DNA from: Bacteroidota bacterium
GTDB lineage: Bacteria; Bacteroidota; Bacteroidia; B-17B0; Aurantibacillaceae
DNA: 64,000 nucleotides
NCBI GenBank assembly: GCA_040758575.1
Contig: JBFLVH010000008.1
Coordinates: 35,624 to 99,623 of the forward strand
Direction of reading: 5' to 3'
In this document: piece by piece, positions 48,589-58,757 of the stretch
Layout of the letters: each line of letters begins with the position of its first letter
Position numbering within the stretch: the stretch's first letter is position 1
The notes under the pieces: model-generated
Told to the model about the DNA's origin: nothing
The model's database searches: none
The model's input: only the letters and a program-made list of their open reading frames with translations
Program-made: the position numbers and the translations under genes

Positions 48589-49536
48589 ATGAGAAAAATT
48601 GGAATTATTTTAGGAGCAGCAACAGTTATGTTTTCTTGTGGCAACAAAAAAGAAAACAATAATACATTAACTGGAACTATCAACATTGATGGCTCGTCTA
48701 CTGTTTATCCCATTACGGAAGCAGTGGCAGAGGAGTTTAAAAAAGTTTATCCTGATGTTAAAGTAGCGGTAGCTTTATCTGGCACGGGAGGAGGATTTAA
48801 GAAGTTTGTAAGAGGAGAAACAGATATTAATGATGCGTCTCGTCCTATTACTAAATTTGAAGATAGTATAGCAAAAGTAAACGGTATTCAATATATTGAT
48901 TTGGAAATAGCTTATGATGGGTTGGCAGTGGTTGTAAATCCACAAAATGATTGGTGTAAAGATATTACTGTGGCAGAGTTAAAGAAAATATGGGAGCCCG
49001 AAGCACAGGGTAAAATTACTCACTGGAATCAAATTAGACCTGAATGGCCTAATGAGCCCATTCATTTGTATGGTGCAGGAGTAGAAAGTGGAACTTATGA
49101 TTATTTTACCGAAGCCATTGTAGGCAAAGCACACAGCAGCAGAGGAGATTATACTTCATCTGAAGATGATAATGTATTGGTGCAAGGTGTTTCTTCTGAT
49201 AAATTTGCATTAGGTTTTTTTGGTTTTGCTTATTACGAAGAAAATAAAGATAAAATTAAATTGGTGGCTATTGATAATGGAAATGGTCCTGTATTACCTT
49301 CTATTGAAACAGTAAAAAACAAAAGCTATTCGCCTTTAGCCCGTCCATTATTTATTTATATCAATAATAAAGCAGCGGAAAGAAAAGAAGTACAAGAATT
49401 TATCAATTTTTATTTAGATCAAATGAATATGCTTGTTCCGGAAGTGGGTTATATTCCTTTGAGTGATGAAGAAACGCAGAAAGTAAAAGAAAAATGGCAA
49501 AAATTTTTGAACGAGCATAAAAAACAACTACCATAA
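48589..49536 (+). CDS. pstS: Phosphate ABC transporter substrate-binding lipoprotein PstS
   Basis: Lipobox MFSCG. GSSTVYP, SGTGGGF and DASRP motifs. ATG 48589 preferred over the TTG at 48562. Confidence 0.85.
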   Translation: MRKIGIILGAATVMFSCGNKKENNNTLTGTINIDGSSTVYPITEAVAEEFKKVYPDVKVAVALSGTGGGFKKFVRGETDINDASRPITKFEDSIAKVNGIQYIDLEIAYDGLAVVVNPQNDWCKDITVAELKKIWEPEAQGKITHWNQIRPEWPNEPIHLYGAGVESGTYDYFTEAIVGKAHSSRGDYTSSEDDNVLVQGVSSDKFALGFFGFAYYEENKDKIKLVAIDNGNGPVLPSIETVKNKSYSPLARPLFIYINNKAAERKEVQEFINFYLDQMNMLVPEVGYIPLSDEETQKVKEKWQKFLNEHKKQLP

Positions 49537-49542
49537 TTCTTT

Positions 49543-51096
49543 ATGCAAAAGAAACTTCCCATAGGTATACAAACACTTTCAAAGATTATTGAAGGGAATT
49601 ATTACTATGTAGATAAAACGGCTTATGTTTATCAACTTGCTAATCAAGGTGGAGGATATTATTTTCTTTCTCGCCCCAGAAGATTTGGAAAGAGTTTATT
49701 TGTAGATACATTGAAGCAAGCATTTTCAGGAAATAAAGAATTATTCAAAGGATTGTATTTAGAAAATAATTGGGATTGGAGTAAGAAGTATCCAGTGATA
49801 CACATTGATTTTGGAACAGGCGTTGAAAACACAGAGGACTTAAAGAAAACATTAAATTATTTATTAAATAGACACATAGAAGAGTATAAAGTAAGTTTGA
49901 ATATTGGCGAAGAATCATACAAAACAAAATTTCAAGAGTTAATAATAGAGTTAAGTAAAAAGTTTAATGAAAAAGTAGTGATATTGATCGATGAGTATGA
50001 CAAACCGATATTAGATAAAATTGAGGATAAATCAATAGCGGAAGCGAATAGAGAGGTATTGAGGAATTTTTATTCAGTTATTAAAGCGAGTGATAGTTAT
50101 ATTAAATTTGTATTCATCACAGGTGTAACAAAATTTAATAAAGTGTCTATATTTAGTGGATTAAATCAACTACAAGATATTACTTTACATTCAAGGTATT
50201 CATCAATATGTGGATATACTGAACAAGAAATGCAGAAAGTATTTGAAGATAGATTGAATGAAGTAGATATAGAAAAAATGCGACATTGGTATAATGGATA
50301 CAATTGGTTAGGCGAGAGTGTATATAATCCATTTGATGTGTTGTTGTATTTAGATGAAAAAAAATTTCATCCCTATTGGTTTCAAACAGGCACACCAACA
50401 TTTTTGATGAAACTAATAAAAGAAAAAAGATACTATCTACCACAATTAGAAAATATTGAAATCACTGATAAAATATTAGATTCATTTGATGTTGATAATA
50501 TTTCAATTGAAAATTTATTATTCCAAACGGGATATTTAACCATCAAAGAAACAAGAACAAGTAGTAGTGGAAAACTTCTCTATACACTTACCTATCCAAA
50601 TTTTGAGGTGAAGACATCTTTTAATGAACATTTATTAGATTATTTAAGTTCAGTTGATAAGAAGTCATCATATTTAATACAGGTAGAAGAGATATTTGAG
50701 GGGAATAGAATAGAAGGATTAAAAGATGTGTTGCAATCGTTCTACGCGTCTATTCCTTATGAGTGGTATATTAAAAATGAATTAGACAAATACGAAGGAT
50801 ATTACGCAAGTGTGTTGTATGCATTGATGATGGGCACGGGATTGAATATAGTGGTAGAAGATAATACGAACAAAGGGAGAGTGGATATGGTGATAAAGTA
50901 TAACAATAGAGCATATATAATGGAATTCAAAGTGATAAGAGATGAGAAAGAAAAAGGTAGTGCATTGCAACAAATCAAGGCAAAGAAGTATTTTGAAAAA
51001 TATCAATTCACCAGTGCAGAGATATATTTGATAGGCATAGAATTTAGTGAGCAAGAGAGAAATATCATTAACTTTGAAATTGAAAAAATCCTTTAA
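49543..51096 (+). CDS. AAA-ATPase-like (PF09820-type) plus PD-(D/E)XK nuclease (PDDEXK_9-type) protein
   Basis: N-terminus LPIGIQTLSKIIEGNYYYVDKT...YFLSRPRRFGKSL. C-terminus GRVDMVIKYNNRAYIMEFKV...ALQQIKAKKY. 6-nt and 11-nt gaps to pstS and pstC. Confidence 0.8.
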   Translation: MQKKLPIGIQTLSKIIEGNYYYVDKTAYVYQLANQGGGYYFLSRPRRFGKSLFVDTLKQAFSGNKELFKGLYLENNWDWSKKYPVIHIDFGTGVENTEDLKKTLNYLLNRHIEEYKVSLNIGEESYKTKFQELIIELSKKFNEKVVILIDEYDKPILDKIEDKSIAEANREVLRNFYSVIKASDSYIKFVFITGVTKFNKVSIFSGLNQLQDITLHSRYSSICGYTEQEMQKVFEDRLNEVDIEKMRHWYNGYNWLGESVYNPFDVLLYLDEKKFHPYWFQTGTPTFLMKLIKEKRYYLPQLENIEITDKILDSFDVDNISIENLLFQTGYLTIKETRTSSSGKLLYTLTYPNFEVKTSFNEHLLDYLSSVDKKSSYLIQVEEIFEGNRIEGLKDVLQSFYASIPYEWYIKNELDKYEGYYASVLYALMMGTGLNIVVEDNTNKGRVDMVIKYNNRAYIMEFKVIRDEKEKGSALQQIKAKKYFEKYQFTSAEIYLIGIEFSEQERNIINFEIEKIL

Positions 51097-51107
51097 CTTT
51101 TAATATA

Positions 51108-51977
51108 ATGAAAGAAAAAATTATAGAAAAGATACTTCAAACATCAGCGTTTATTAGTATTTTTACTACACTTGGTATATTATATGTTTTATTGTCTGAA
51201 TCTATTGGTTTTTTCAAAGAAGTTTCTATCATTGAATTTCTAACTGATACTCAATGGACACCTTTATTTACTGAAAAGCACTTTGGGATTTTACCATTGC
51301 TATCAGGTACACTATTAACATCATTCATTGCTATATTGGTTTCAGTGCCTATTGGATTAAGTATTGCGATATTTTTGAATGAATATTCATCCAAAAAATT
51401 GAGAAAAATTCTAAAACCTATACTTGAAGTTTTAGCCGCTATTCCTACTGTGGTGTATGGTTATTTTGCTTTAATGGTAGTTACACCGTTTCTTCAGAAA
51501 TTTATTCCCGATTTATCAGGGTTTAATGCTCTTTCACCTGGTATTGTAATGGGTATTATGATTATTCCTTTGATAGCATCATTAAGCGAAGATGCTTTAT
51601 ATGCGATTCCTTATAGCTTACGAGAAGCTTCTTATGGTATGGGAGCCACTAAGCTTCAAACTGTATTCAGAGTGCTTATTCCTTCTGCATCTTCGGGTAT
51701 TATTGTATCTATTATTCTTGCTATATCAAGGGCATTTGGTGAAACTATGATTGTAGCAATTGCAGCTGGTCAACAACCTAATTTTACTTTTAATCCGCTT
51801 ATACCTATTGAAACTATTACAACTTACATCGTACAGGTAAGCTTAGGTGATGTTGTACAAGGTTCTATTGAATACAAAACTATTTATGCTGCTGGAATAG
51901 CATTATTTGTTTTGACATTTATATTAAATAACATCAGTTATTTCATAAGAAAAAAATATCAGAAGTATCAATTATGA
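51108..51977 (+). CDS. pstC: Phosphate ABC transporter permease PstC
   Basis: 289 aa, 6 TM helices. EAA-loop region REASYGMGATKLQT. Confidence 0.85.
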   Translation: MKEKIIEKILQTSAFISIFTTLGILYVLLSESIGFFKEVSIIEFLTDTQWTPLFTEKHFGILPLLSGTLLTSFIAILVSVPIGLSIAIFLNEYSSKKLRKILKPILEVLAAIPTVVYGYFALMVVTPFLQKFIPDLSGFNALSPGIVMGIMIIPLIASLSEDALYAIPYSLREASYGMGATKLQTVFRVLIPSASSGIIVSIILAISRAFGETMIVAIAAGQQPNFTFNPLIPIETITTYIVQVSLGDVVQGSIEYKTIYAAGIALFVLTFILNNISYFIRKKYQKYQL

Positions 51978-52837
51978 GTAATTCTTACATTAAGTGGAAT
52001 AAACTTAAAGACCTTATATTTAAATGGTATGGACTATTATGTACCGTAGCAGGCATATTTATTCTTGCTATTTTCTTATACACTATCATAGCAGATGGAT
52101 GGGACAGATTAAATTGGCAATTCTTTACATCATTGCCTTCTCGCAGACCATCTAATGCAGGAATTTTGGTGCCACTATTAGGCACTTTGTGGATAATGAT
52201 TCTTACTACTATTATTGCTGTGCCCATCGGCATTGCAGCGGCTATATATCTTGAAGAATATGGTAAAAAAAGCCGTTTTGCTTCATTCATAGAAGTAAAC
52301 ATTGCTAATCTTGCAGGCGTTCCATCTATTATTTACGGCTTATTAGCACTTGAAATATTTGTTAGAATTATGGGATTGGGCAGAAGTTTGTTATCAGGCG
52401 CTTTAACGCTCTCTTTACTCATTTTACCTATTATCATAGTATCTACAAGAGAAGCATTAAAAAGTGTGCCTAAAAGCATTCGTGAAGCATCTTATGCACT
52501 TGGAGCCACTAAATGGAAAACTATATGGAATGCCGTGTTACCATCAGCAGCAGGCGGCATTTTAACAGGCGTTATTTTAGCCATATCCCGTGCTATTGGA
52601 GAAACCGCACCACTTGTAGTTATTGGTGCTATGTTATATATCACCACTATTCCCACGCATCCATTAGATGATTTTTCCGCTCTACCTATTCAAATTTATA
52701 ACTGGTTATCCAGACCACAAAAAGGATTTATTGAAAATGCAACTGCAGCTATTATTGTACTATTAGCTATCACATTTATATTAAATGGAATTGCCATATA
52801 TTTGCGCAATAAATGGCAAAGTAAAGTTAAATGGTAA
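51974..52837 (+). CDS. pstA: Phosphate ABC transporter permease PstA
   Basis: 287 aa. REASYALGATKWKT. ATGA overlap with pstC. Confidence 0.85.
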   Translation: MSNSYIKWNKLKDLIFKWYGLLCTVAGIFILAIFLYTIIADGWDRLNWQFFTSLPSRRPSNAGILVPLLGTLWIMILTTIIAVPIGIAAAIYLEEYGKKSRFASFIEVNIANLAGVPSIIYGLLALEIFVRIMGLGRSLLSGALTLSLLILPIIIVSTREALKSVPKSIREASYALGATKWKTIWNAVLPSAAGGILTGVILAISRAIGETAPLVVIGAMLYITTIPTHPLDDFSALPIQIYNWLSRPQKGFIENATAAIIVLLAITFILNGIAIYLRNKWQSKVKW

Positions 52838-52852
52838 TACAAAATCTGAATT

Positions 52853-53608
52853 ATGCTATCTAAAATATCCGCAGAAAATGTTAATGTTTATTATGGTAAT
52901 AATCACGTAATAAAAAATGTTACTTTATCTATTAAGCCCAATGAAGTTGTCGCATTTATTGGACCTTCTGGTTGCGGAAAATCTACATTTTTACGATTAC
53001 TCAACAGAATGAATGATTTTATTGAAACTTTTAGAATGGATGGAAAAATAATTATTGATAACGAAGATATTTACGATAAAAAAATCCAAGTAGAAGAATT
53101 AAGAAAAAAAGTTGGAATGGTCTTTCAAAAACCCAATCCGTTCCCAAAAAGCATTTACGAAAATGTTGTGTATGGCTTGAAAATTCAAGGTATTAGAGAC
53201 AAAAAAATTTTGGATAGTGTTGTAGAAAAAACTCTTCAGCAAGTTGGTATATGGAATGAAGTAAAAGATAAATTACATCAATCTGCATTAGCACTATCTG
53301 GTGGCCAACAACAAAGAATTTGTATTGCCCGAACATTGGCTGTTGAGCCATCTGTTGTTTTAATGGATGAGCCCACTTCTGCATTAGACCCTATTTCTAC
53401 GGCTACTATTGAAGAATTAATATATCAACTCAAAAAAGATTATACTATTGTTATTGTTACACATAATATGCAACAAGCAGGTAGAGTAAGTGACAGAACA
53501 GCATTTTTTTATATGGGCGAACTGATTGAATTTAGTGATACAAAAGAACTTTTTACTAACCCAAAAGTGGAGCTCACTCAAAAATATATTACTGGAAGAT
53601 TTGGATAA
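52853..53608 (+). CDS. pstB: Phosphate ABC transporter ATP-binding protein PstB
   Basis: [36 protein letters not shown]. 251 aa. Confidence 0.95.
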   Translation: MLSKISAENVNVYYGNNHVIKNVTLSIKPNEVVAFIGPSGCGKSTFLRLLNRMNDFIETFRMDGKIIIDNEDIYDKKIQVEELRKKVGMVFQKPNPFPKSIYENVVYGLKIQGIRDKKILDSVVEKTLQQVGIWNEVKDKLHQSALALSGGQQQRICIARTLAVEPSVVLMDEPTSALDPISTATIEELIYQLKKDYTIVIVTHNMQQAGRVSDRTAFFYMGELIEFSDTKELFTNPKVELTQKYITGRFG

Positions 53609-53654
53609 TACTCTTTATACTCTATATTAAATTTAACCGCTAAAAAAAAGAACT

Positions 53655-54317
53655 ATGACACATTTGGAAGAAGAAATACTCAAAACCAAACAAGATACTT
53701 TAAGAATGTTTCAACTGGTAATAGATCAGGTTGAAAACAGTTACAAAGCCATCTTTACAAAAGATGTTGCATTAGCTATGAGTATTAAAGATAAAGAAGA
53801 ACAAATTAATCGCATGGAATTAGAAATAGAAAAGCAAGTAGAAAATGTTTTTGCTCTTTTCAACCCTGTTGCTATTGATTTGCGTTTTTTAATGTCTGTA
53901 TTGAGAATTATCTATAATTTAGAAAGAATTGGCGATAGCACTAAAGCCATTGCAAAATTCATCATTAAAAAGAAATATATTTTAGATGAAGATATTTTAA
54001 ACAAAATCAATTTAAATGAAATTTTTGAAACATCTTTTAAATCAGTATTGCTTGCACGCGAAGCATTTGAAAAAGAAGATGTGAAAATTGCTTATCAGTT
54101 AATTGACAAAAATACTGACCTTGATGAGTTATGCGATAATGCTCAATACAAAATATCAGAATATATTCGTCAAAACCCTGATAAAACTGAATATGGTTTA
54201 AGTATTTTATCTTTACTAAGAAAAATTGAAAGAATGCAAGACCAATCTCGTAATATTGCCCGCGAAATTATTTTTTATTTAGAAGCTAAAATACTAAAAC
54301 ATCAGGGAAAAATTTAA
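53655..54317 (+). CDS. phoU: Phosphate signalling complex protein PhoU
   Basis: 220 aa. Two PhoU repeats with ERIGD / ERMQD motifs. Confidence 0.9.
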   Translation: MTHLEEEILKTKQDTLRMFQLVIDQVENSYKAIFTKDVALAMSIKDKEEQINRMELEIEKQVENVFALFNPVAIDLRFLMSVLRIIYNLERIGDSTKAIAKFIIKKKYILDEDILNKINLNEIFETSFKSVLLAREAFEKEDVKIAYQLIDKNTDLDELCDNAQYKISEYIRQNPDKTEYGLSILSLLRKIERMQDQSRNIAREIIFYLEAKILKHQGKI

Positions 54318-55603
54318 TTTGCTAACCACCCTTTTGGATCCATTGTTTTCTGTCCCTTCCACACCTGAAAATTAAGCGAATACTTATTTTCATCAGTATT
54401 ATACATTACCGTTCCTATCACTTGCTTAGCATTTACTTTATCTCCTTGTTTGACATAAACTTCCTGCAAGTTAGAATATACCGTTAAATATTCTCCGTGT
54501 CGGATAATAACTAATTTTCCACCCATTGGTGAAAGTGCAATACCAGTTACTTCACCATTAAACACAGAATGAACCTTCATTGGTTGATTAGAGCACAACT
54601 CAATTCCATTGTTAAACATTACAAAACCTTTAATAGCAGGATGTTCATATTCTCCATAATTAGCACAAATAAATCCTGATGAAATAGGCCACGGCAATTT
54701 TCCTTTGTTCAATTCAAAATTATTCCCTGTAATTTCTGCTTCCTTTGAAAGTATTGGCACCATTGGTTTTTCAGATTCTTTATTCTTTTCTTTAATTTTA
54801 ATGGATGTTTTTTCTTTTTCTTTCTCTGCTTTGAGTTTAGCCATTTTCTCTGCCTCTTCTTTTTTTCTTTTAATCTCTTCTTCAATTAATTTTTTAATTG
54901 CTAATTGTAATTCCTGTGCTTGTTTTTTCTTTTTCTCAAGCTCTGCTCTCAACTCTTTCTCTTTTTTTTGGATTTGCTGCAACTCTTGTTCTTCTTCTTG
55001 TTTTTCTTGTGCCAATGTTTGTTTTTCCTGTTCTTCCTGACCTAATAGCTGCTGTTTTTCTGCTAATTGTTGTTGTAACAACTGAACCTGCTCTTCTAAC
55101 TTTTTTTGATGAGCAATAATTGCTTTGCCTTGTTTTTCTCTATATCTACTATATTCCTGAATATATTTTAATCTTTGATATGCCTGATAAAAATCCTGTG
55201 CAGAAAATAAAAATATTAAGTCATCAAAATTTTTAAAAGAATGTTTCTTTTGTGCTAATTGAAGCATTCGGGCATATTCTGATTTTAATTTTTTTAAATC
55301 TTTTTGCAATGCATCAATATTTTGATTGGTTTTTTCTATTTCATTATTGGTTTTAGCAATTTCTTGCTGAATGGTTTGAATCAGTTCTTCACGCATTTCC
55401 AGTTTTTTCTTCAATATAATAATTTGACTAATGGACAATTTTTTATTGATAGAAGTTTCTTTCAACATTTGATTAATGAGTTGTATTTCCTGCTCTAATT
55501 TTTTCTTTTTCTTTTCCAGCGATGTTTTAGAATTTTGTGCAACAGCTGAATAAACAAAGAACATCAAAACTATCCACCAATTATATTGAATAAACCGAAG
55601 CAT
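54314..55603 (-). CDS. envC: EnvC-like murein hydrolase activator (coiled coil plus degenerate LytM/M23 domain)
   Basis: Long K/E/Q-rich coiled coil. The C-terminal M23-like fold lacks the zinc ligands (GIE for GID, YSNL for YxHL, SLNFQ for HLHFE). Start set at ATG 55603 because a TAnnTTTG box lies inside the longer ORF (to 55651). Confidence 0.75.
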   Translation of the reverse strand: MLRFIQYNWWIVLMFFVYSAVAQNSKTSLEKKKKKLEQEIQLINQMLKETSINKKLSISQIIILKKKLEMREELIQTIQQEIAKTNNEIEKTNQNIDALQKDLKKLKSEYARMLQLAQKKHSFKNFDDLIFLFSAQDFYQAYQRLKYIQEYSRYREKQGKAIIAHQKKLEEQVQLLQQQLAEKQQLLGQEEQEKQTLAQEKQEEEQELQQIQKKEKELRAELEKKKKQAQELQLAIKKLIEEEIKRKKEEAEKMAKLKAEKEKEKTSIKIKEKNKESEKPMVPILSKEAEITGNNFELNKGKLPWPISSGFICANYGEYEHPAIKGFVMFNNGIELCSNQPMKVHSVFNGEVTGIALSPMGGKLVIIRHGEYLTVYSNLQEVYVKQGDKVNAKQVIGTVMYNTDENKYSLNFQVWKGQKTMDPKGWLAN

Positions 55604-55625
55604 TGTAAATACAATAAATAATGGG

Positions 55626-55633
55626 CAAATATA
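55626..55633 (-). promoter_or_regulatory. Bacteroidetes -7 promoter box TATATTTG
   Basis: Exact TAnnTTTG on the minus strand, 22 nt upstream of ATG 55603. Confidence 0.45.
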
Positions 55634-55670
55634 GTGGATTTTAAAAAGCATTAGAAATAATTTGATTTAC

Positions 55671-55678
55671 TACTTTTG
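55671..55678 (+). promoter_or_regulatory. Bacteroidetes -7 promoter box TACTTTTG
   Basis: Exact TAnnTTTG, 8 nt upstream of the bioF ATG (55687). Confidence 0.45.
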
Positions 55679-55686
55679 TCAGCAAG

Positions 55687-56808
55687 ATGAAATACTCTTT
55701 TCCTATCAAATGGCAGAAAAAAATTGATGATTCTTTCAAAAGAAATTTGTTAGATTATTCAAATAATATTGACTTTGCAAGTAATGACTATCTTGGATTT
55801 TCAAAGAATGCTAAAATAAAATGTTTATTTCAAAAACATATTAACAACTTACATCTTTCAGGAAGCGCGGGTTCAAGATTAATAAGCGGCAATAGAAAAT
55901 GGATAGAAGATATTGAGAAAAAAATTGCTTCATTTCACAATGCAGAAAATGCACTTATATTTCCATCTGCTTATCAAGCCAATGTTGGTTTATTCTCTTG
56001 CATTGCAGATAGAAATGATTTGTATTTAATAGATGAACACATCCACGCTTCCGTATACGATGGAATAAGATTAAGTTTTGCTAAATACTATAAATTTCAA
56101 CACAACAATTTTGAACATCTTCAAAAACTCATACAACAGCATTATTTAAAATTTGAAAACATATTTGTCGTTGTAGAATCTTTGTACTCAATGGATGGCG
56201 ATATTCCTGATATACAGCAATTATTATCTTTAATTGATAATGAAAAAGTATTTTTGATTGTAGATGAAGCCCACGCTTTTGGAATAATGGGCGAAAACAA
56301 TTTAGGATTGTTTAATTCTAAATCATTAGCAGAAAAATGTGTAGCAAGAATTGTTGGATATGGAAAAGCAGCAGGTTTTTCTGGGGCTGCAATTGTTGGT
56401 AGTGATGTTTTGAAAAACTATCTTATCAATTTTTGTCGTTCGTTTATTTTCAGCACGGGTTTACCATTATATCACTATCAAATAATTGAACATTTATACA
56501 ATGAAATAATGAATCATTCAGATACAGAAATAAATCAATTAAATGCGAACATCAATGCTTATCTCAATGAAGTAAAAGATTCTATGCTATTTTCTCACAA
56601 TACATCTCCTATACAATATGTATTAATCTCCAATATGGATTTTAAGCCAATTCAAAACATTATACTTGAAAACAAATTCTTTGCAAAAGTAATACTTCCG
56701 CCCACTGTTCCCCCTAACCAAGAAAGAATAAGGATTTCATTGCATTCATTTAACACTAAAGATGAAATAATTTCTTTCATTCAATTAATTAAAAAAATTA
56801 TTACATAA
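55687..56808 (+). CDS. bioF: 8-amino-7-oxononanoate synthase
   Basis: 373 aa PLP-dependent alpha-oxoamine synthase (SMDGD, VDEAHAFG, GYGKAAG). Followed by bioD and bioA. Confidence 0.85.
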   Translation: MKYSFPIKWQKKIDDSFKRNLLDYSNNIDFASNDYLGFSKNAKIKCLFQKHINNLHLSGSAGSRLISGNRKWIEDIEKKIASFHNAENALIFPSAYQANVGLFSCIADRNDLYLIDEHIHASVYDGIRLSFAKYYKFQHNNFEHLQKLIQQHYLKFENIFVVVESLYSMDGDIPDIQQLLSLIDNEKVFLIVDEAHAFGIMGENNLGLFNSKSLAEKCVARIVGYGKAAGFSGAAIVGSDVLKNYLINFCRSFIFSTGLPLYHYQIIEHLYNEIMNHSDTEINQLNANINAYLNEVKDSMLFSHNTSPIQYVLISNMDFKPIQNIILENKFFAKVILPPTVPPNQERIRISLHSFNTKDEIISFIQLIKKIIT

Positions 56809-57438
56809 ATGCATAAAAAATATTTTGTAACAGGCATAGGAACTAATGTTGGAAAAACTTTTGTAAGTGCTTTATTGTGCGAATACTTAAAAGCAGATTA
56901 TTTTAAACCTGTTCAAACGGGCTATCCGCCTGATAGAGATAGCGATTGGATTAAAAAAATTGTAACTTACAATATTAAAATTCATCCTGAAAATTATTTA
57001 CTTCAATTACCTGCATCTCCACATCTTGCGGCAGAAAAAGAAAATATACAAATAGATATTCAAAACATTCAATTGCCACAAACCAACAATCATCTTATTA
57101 TAGAAGGTGCGGGCGGATTATTAGTGCCATTAAACAATTCATACTACATTGCTGATTTAATAAAACATTTTAATGCAGAGTGTATTTTAGCTATCAGTAA
57201 TTACTTGGGATGCATTAATCATTCATTATTAAGTTTGTATTACATTCAAAAAGAAAATTTACCATTTAAGGGAATCATTTTGAATGGAAATTTTGAAATT
57301 TCAGTATTGAATGCCATTACAAAAAACTTATCATCTCAACAAATTATCTCACACATTCCATACTTTGAAACATTTGATAAATCAACTTTTCCAAAAGCAT
57401 TTGATGTTTTTGTAAAAAACTTAAATACATCATTGTAA
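56809..57438 (+). CDS. bioD: Dethiobiotin synthase
   Basis: P-loop GTNVGKT, EGAGGLLVP. 209 aa. Confidence 0.85.
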   Translation: MHKKYFVTGIGTNVGKTFVSALLCEYLKADYFKPVQTGYPPDRDSDWIKKIVTYNIKIHPENYLLQLPASPHLAAEKENIQIDIQNIQLPQTNNHLIIEGAGGLLVPLNNSYYIADLIKHFNAECILAISNYLGCINHSLLSLYYIQKENLPFKGIILNGNFEISVLNAITKNLSSQQIISHIPYFETFDKSTFPKAFDVFVKNLNTSL

Positions 57439-57439
57439 T

Positions 57440-58723
57440 ATGAAAAATTTAGATTACACTGCATTAGATAAAGAACTTATATGGCATCCATTCACGCACT
57501 TAAAATATCAAAAAGAAAACATTGTCATCACAAGAGCCAAAGGAATATATCTTTATACACAGAATAATAGAAAAATTATAGATGGCATTGGAAGTTGGTG
57601 GGTCAATGTTCACGGACATTCGCATCCACATATTGTAAAGAAAATTAAACAACAACTTCAATCAATGGAACATTGCATATTCAGTGGCTTTACACATCCG
57701 CCTGCTATTGAATTAGCCCACTTACTATCAAAAATATCTCCTATCAAAAAATCCAAAATATTTTATTCTGACAACGGCTCAACAGCAGTAGAAGTGGCTA
57801 TCAAAATGGCATTGCAGTATTTTTACAATCAAGATAAACCATATAGAAATAAAATTATTGCATTCAAAAATGCCTATCACGGCGATACTTTCGGCGGAAT
57901 GAGTGTAGCAGAAAGAAATGTTTTTAATTTACCATTCAAATCTAATTTGTTTGATACTTATTTTATTGACTTGCCCGATGCGAATAATTTCCCCATTGTC
58001 AAAAGACAACTCATTAAATATATTGATAAAGATAATGTAGCGGCTTTTATTTTTGAACCATTGGTGCAAGGTGCAGCAGGAATGAAAATGTATGAAGCCA
58101 AATATTTAGATGAATTGATAAGCATTTGCAAATTCAATAATGTAATTACCATTGCAGACGAAGTATTTACTGGATTTGGAAAAACAGGAAAAGTATTTGC
58201 ATCAGATTTTTTGAAAAATAAACCTGATATTATTTGCTTATCAAAAGGGCTCACGGGTGGATTTTTACCATTAGGCGTAACCATTGCTCATCAAAAAATT
58301 TTCAATGCTTTTGTAAGTAGCGATAAAACCAAAACATTTTATCACGGACATAGTTATACTGCTAATCCATTGATGTGTGCGGCTGCCATTGGAAATTTAG
58401 AACTCATTCAACAACCTGATTTTTTATTAAAAATTAAAACCATAGAGCAATGGCATAAAAAATTTGTCAAAAAAATAGAACAACATCAAAAAATTAAAGA
58501 CATTCGTTGCAAAGGCATTATTCTGGCTATTGAAATTAAAACAAAAGATAAAACGCATTACTTGAATGAACTATCCACTAAAATAGAACAATATTTTTTA
58601 GAACGAGATATATTGTTAAGACCGCTTGGCAATGTGCTGTATATTGTGCCGCCTGTGATTATCAAAGAAAATGAAATGCAAAAAATTTACTCTGCTATTG
58701 AAAGTTTTTTGGATATAGTTTAA
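57440..58723 (+). CDS. bioA: Adenosylmethionine-8-amino-7-oxononanoate aminotransferase
   Basis: Class III aminotransferase. GSWWVNVHGHSHP, ADEVFTGFGKTG, LSKGLTGG. 427 aa. Confidence 0.9.
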   Translation: MKNLDYTALDKELIWHPFTHLKYQKENIVITRAKGIYLYTQNNRKIIDGIGSWWVNVHGHSHPHIVKKIKQQLQSMEHCIFSGFTHPPAIELAHLLSKISPIKKSKIFYSDNGSTAVEVAIKMALQYFYNQDKPYRNKIIAFKNAYHGDTFGGMSVAERNVFNLPFKSNLFDTYFIDLPDANNFPIVKRQLIKYIDKDNVAAFIFEPLVQGAAGMKMYEAKYLDELISICKFNNVITIADEVFTGFGKTGKVFASDFLKNKPDIICLSKGLTGGFLPLGVTIAHQKIFNAFVSSDKTKTFYHGHSYTANPLMCAAAIGNLELIQQPDFLLKIKTIEQWHKKFVKKIEQHQKIKDIRCKGIILAIEIKTKDKTHYLNELSTKIEQYFLERDILLRPLGNVLYIVPPVIIKENEMQKIYSAIESFLDIV

Positions 58724-58744
58724 TTGAATAATCTTTTCTTTTCC

Positions 58745-58752
58745 TATTTTTG
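58745..58752 (+). promoter_or_regulatory. Bacteroidetes -7 promoter box TATTTTTG
   Basis: Exact TAnnTTTG, 5 nt upstream of the recN ATG (58758). Confidence 0.45.
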
Positions 58753-58757
58753 CACCT

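Noticed and set aside
54314-55603. Active M23 peptidoglycan endopeptidase
   Set aside because: By eye, the HxxxD and HxH zinc-ligand positions are replaced (GIE, YSNL, SLNFQ). This is the well-known EnvC-type degenerate LytM activator rather than an enzyme, so it is ordinary.
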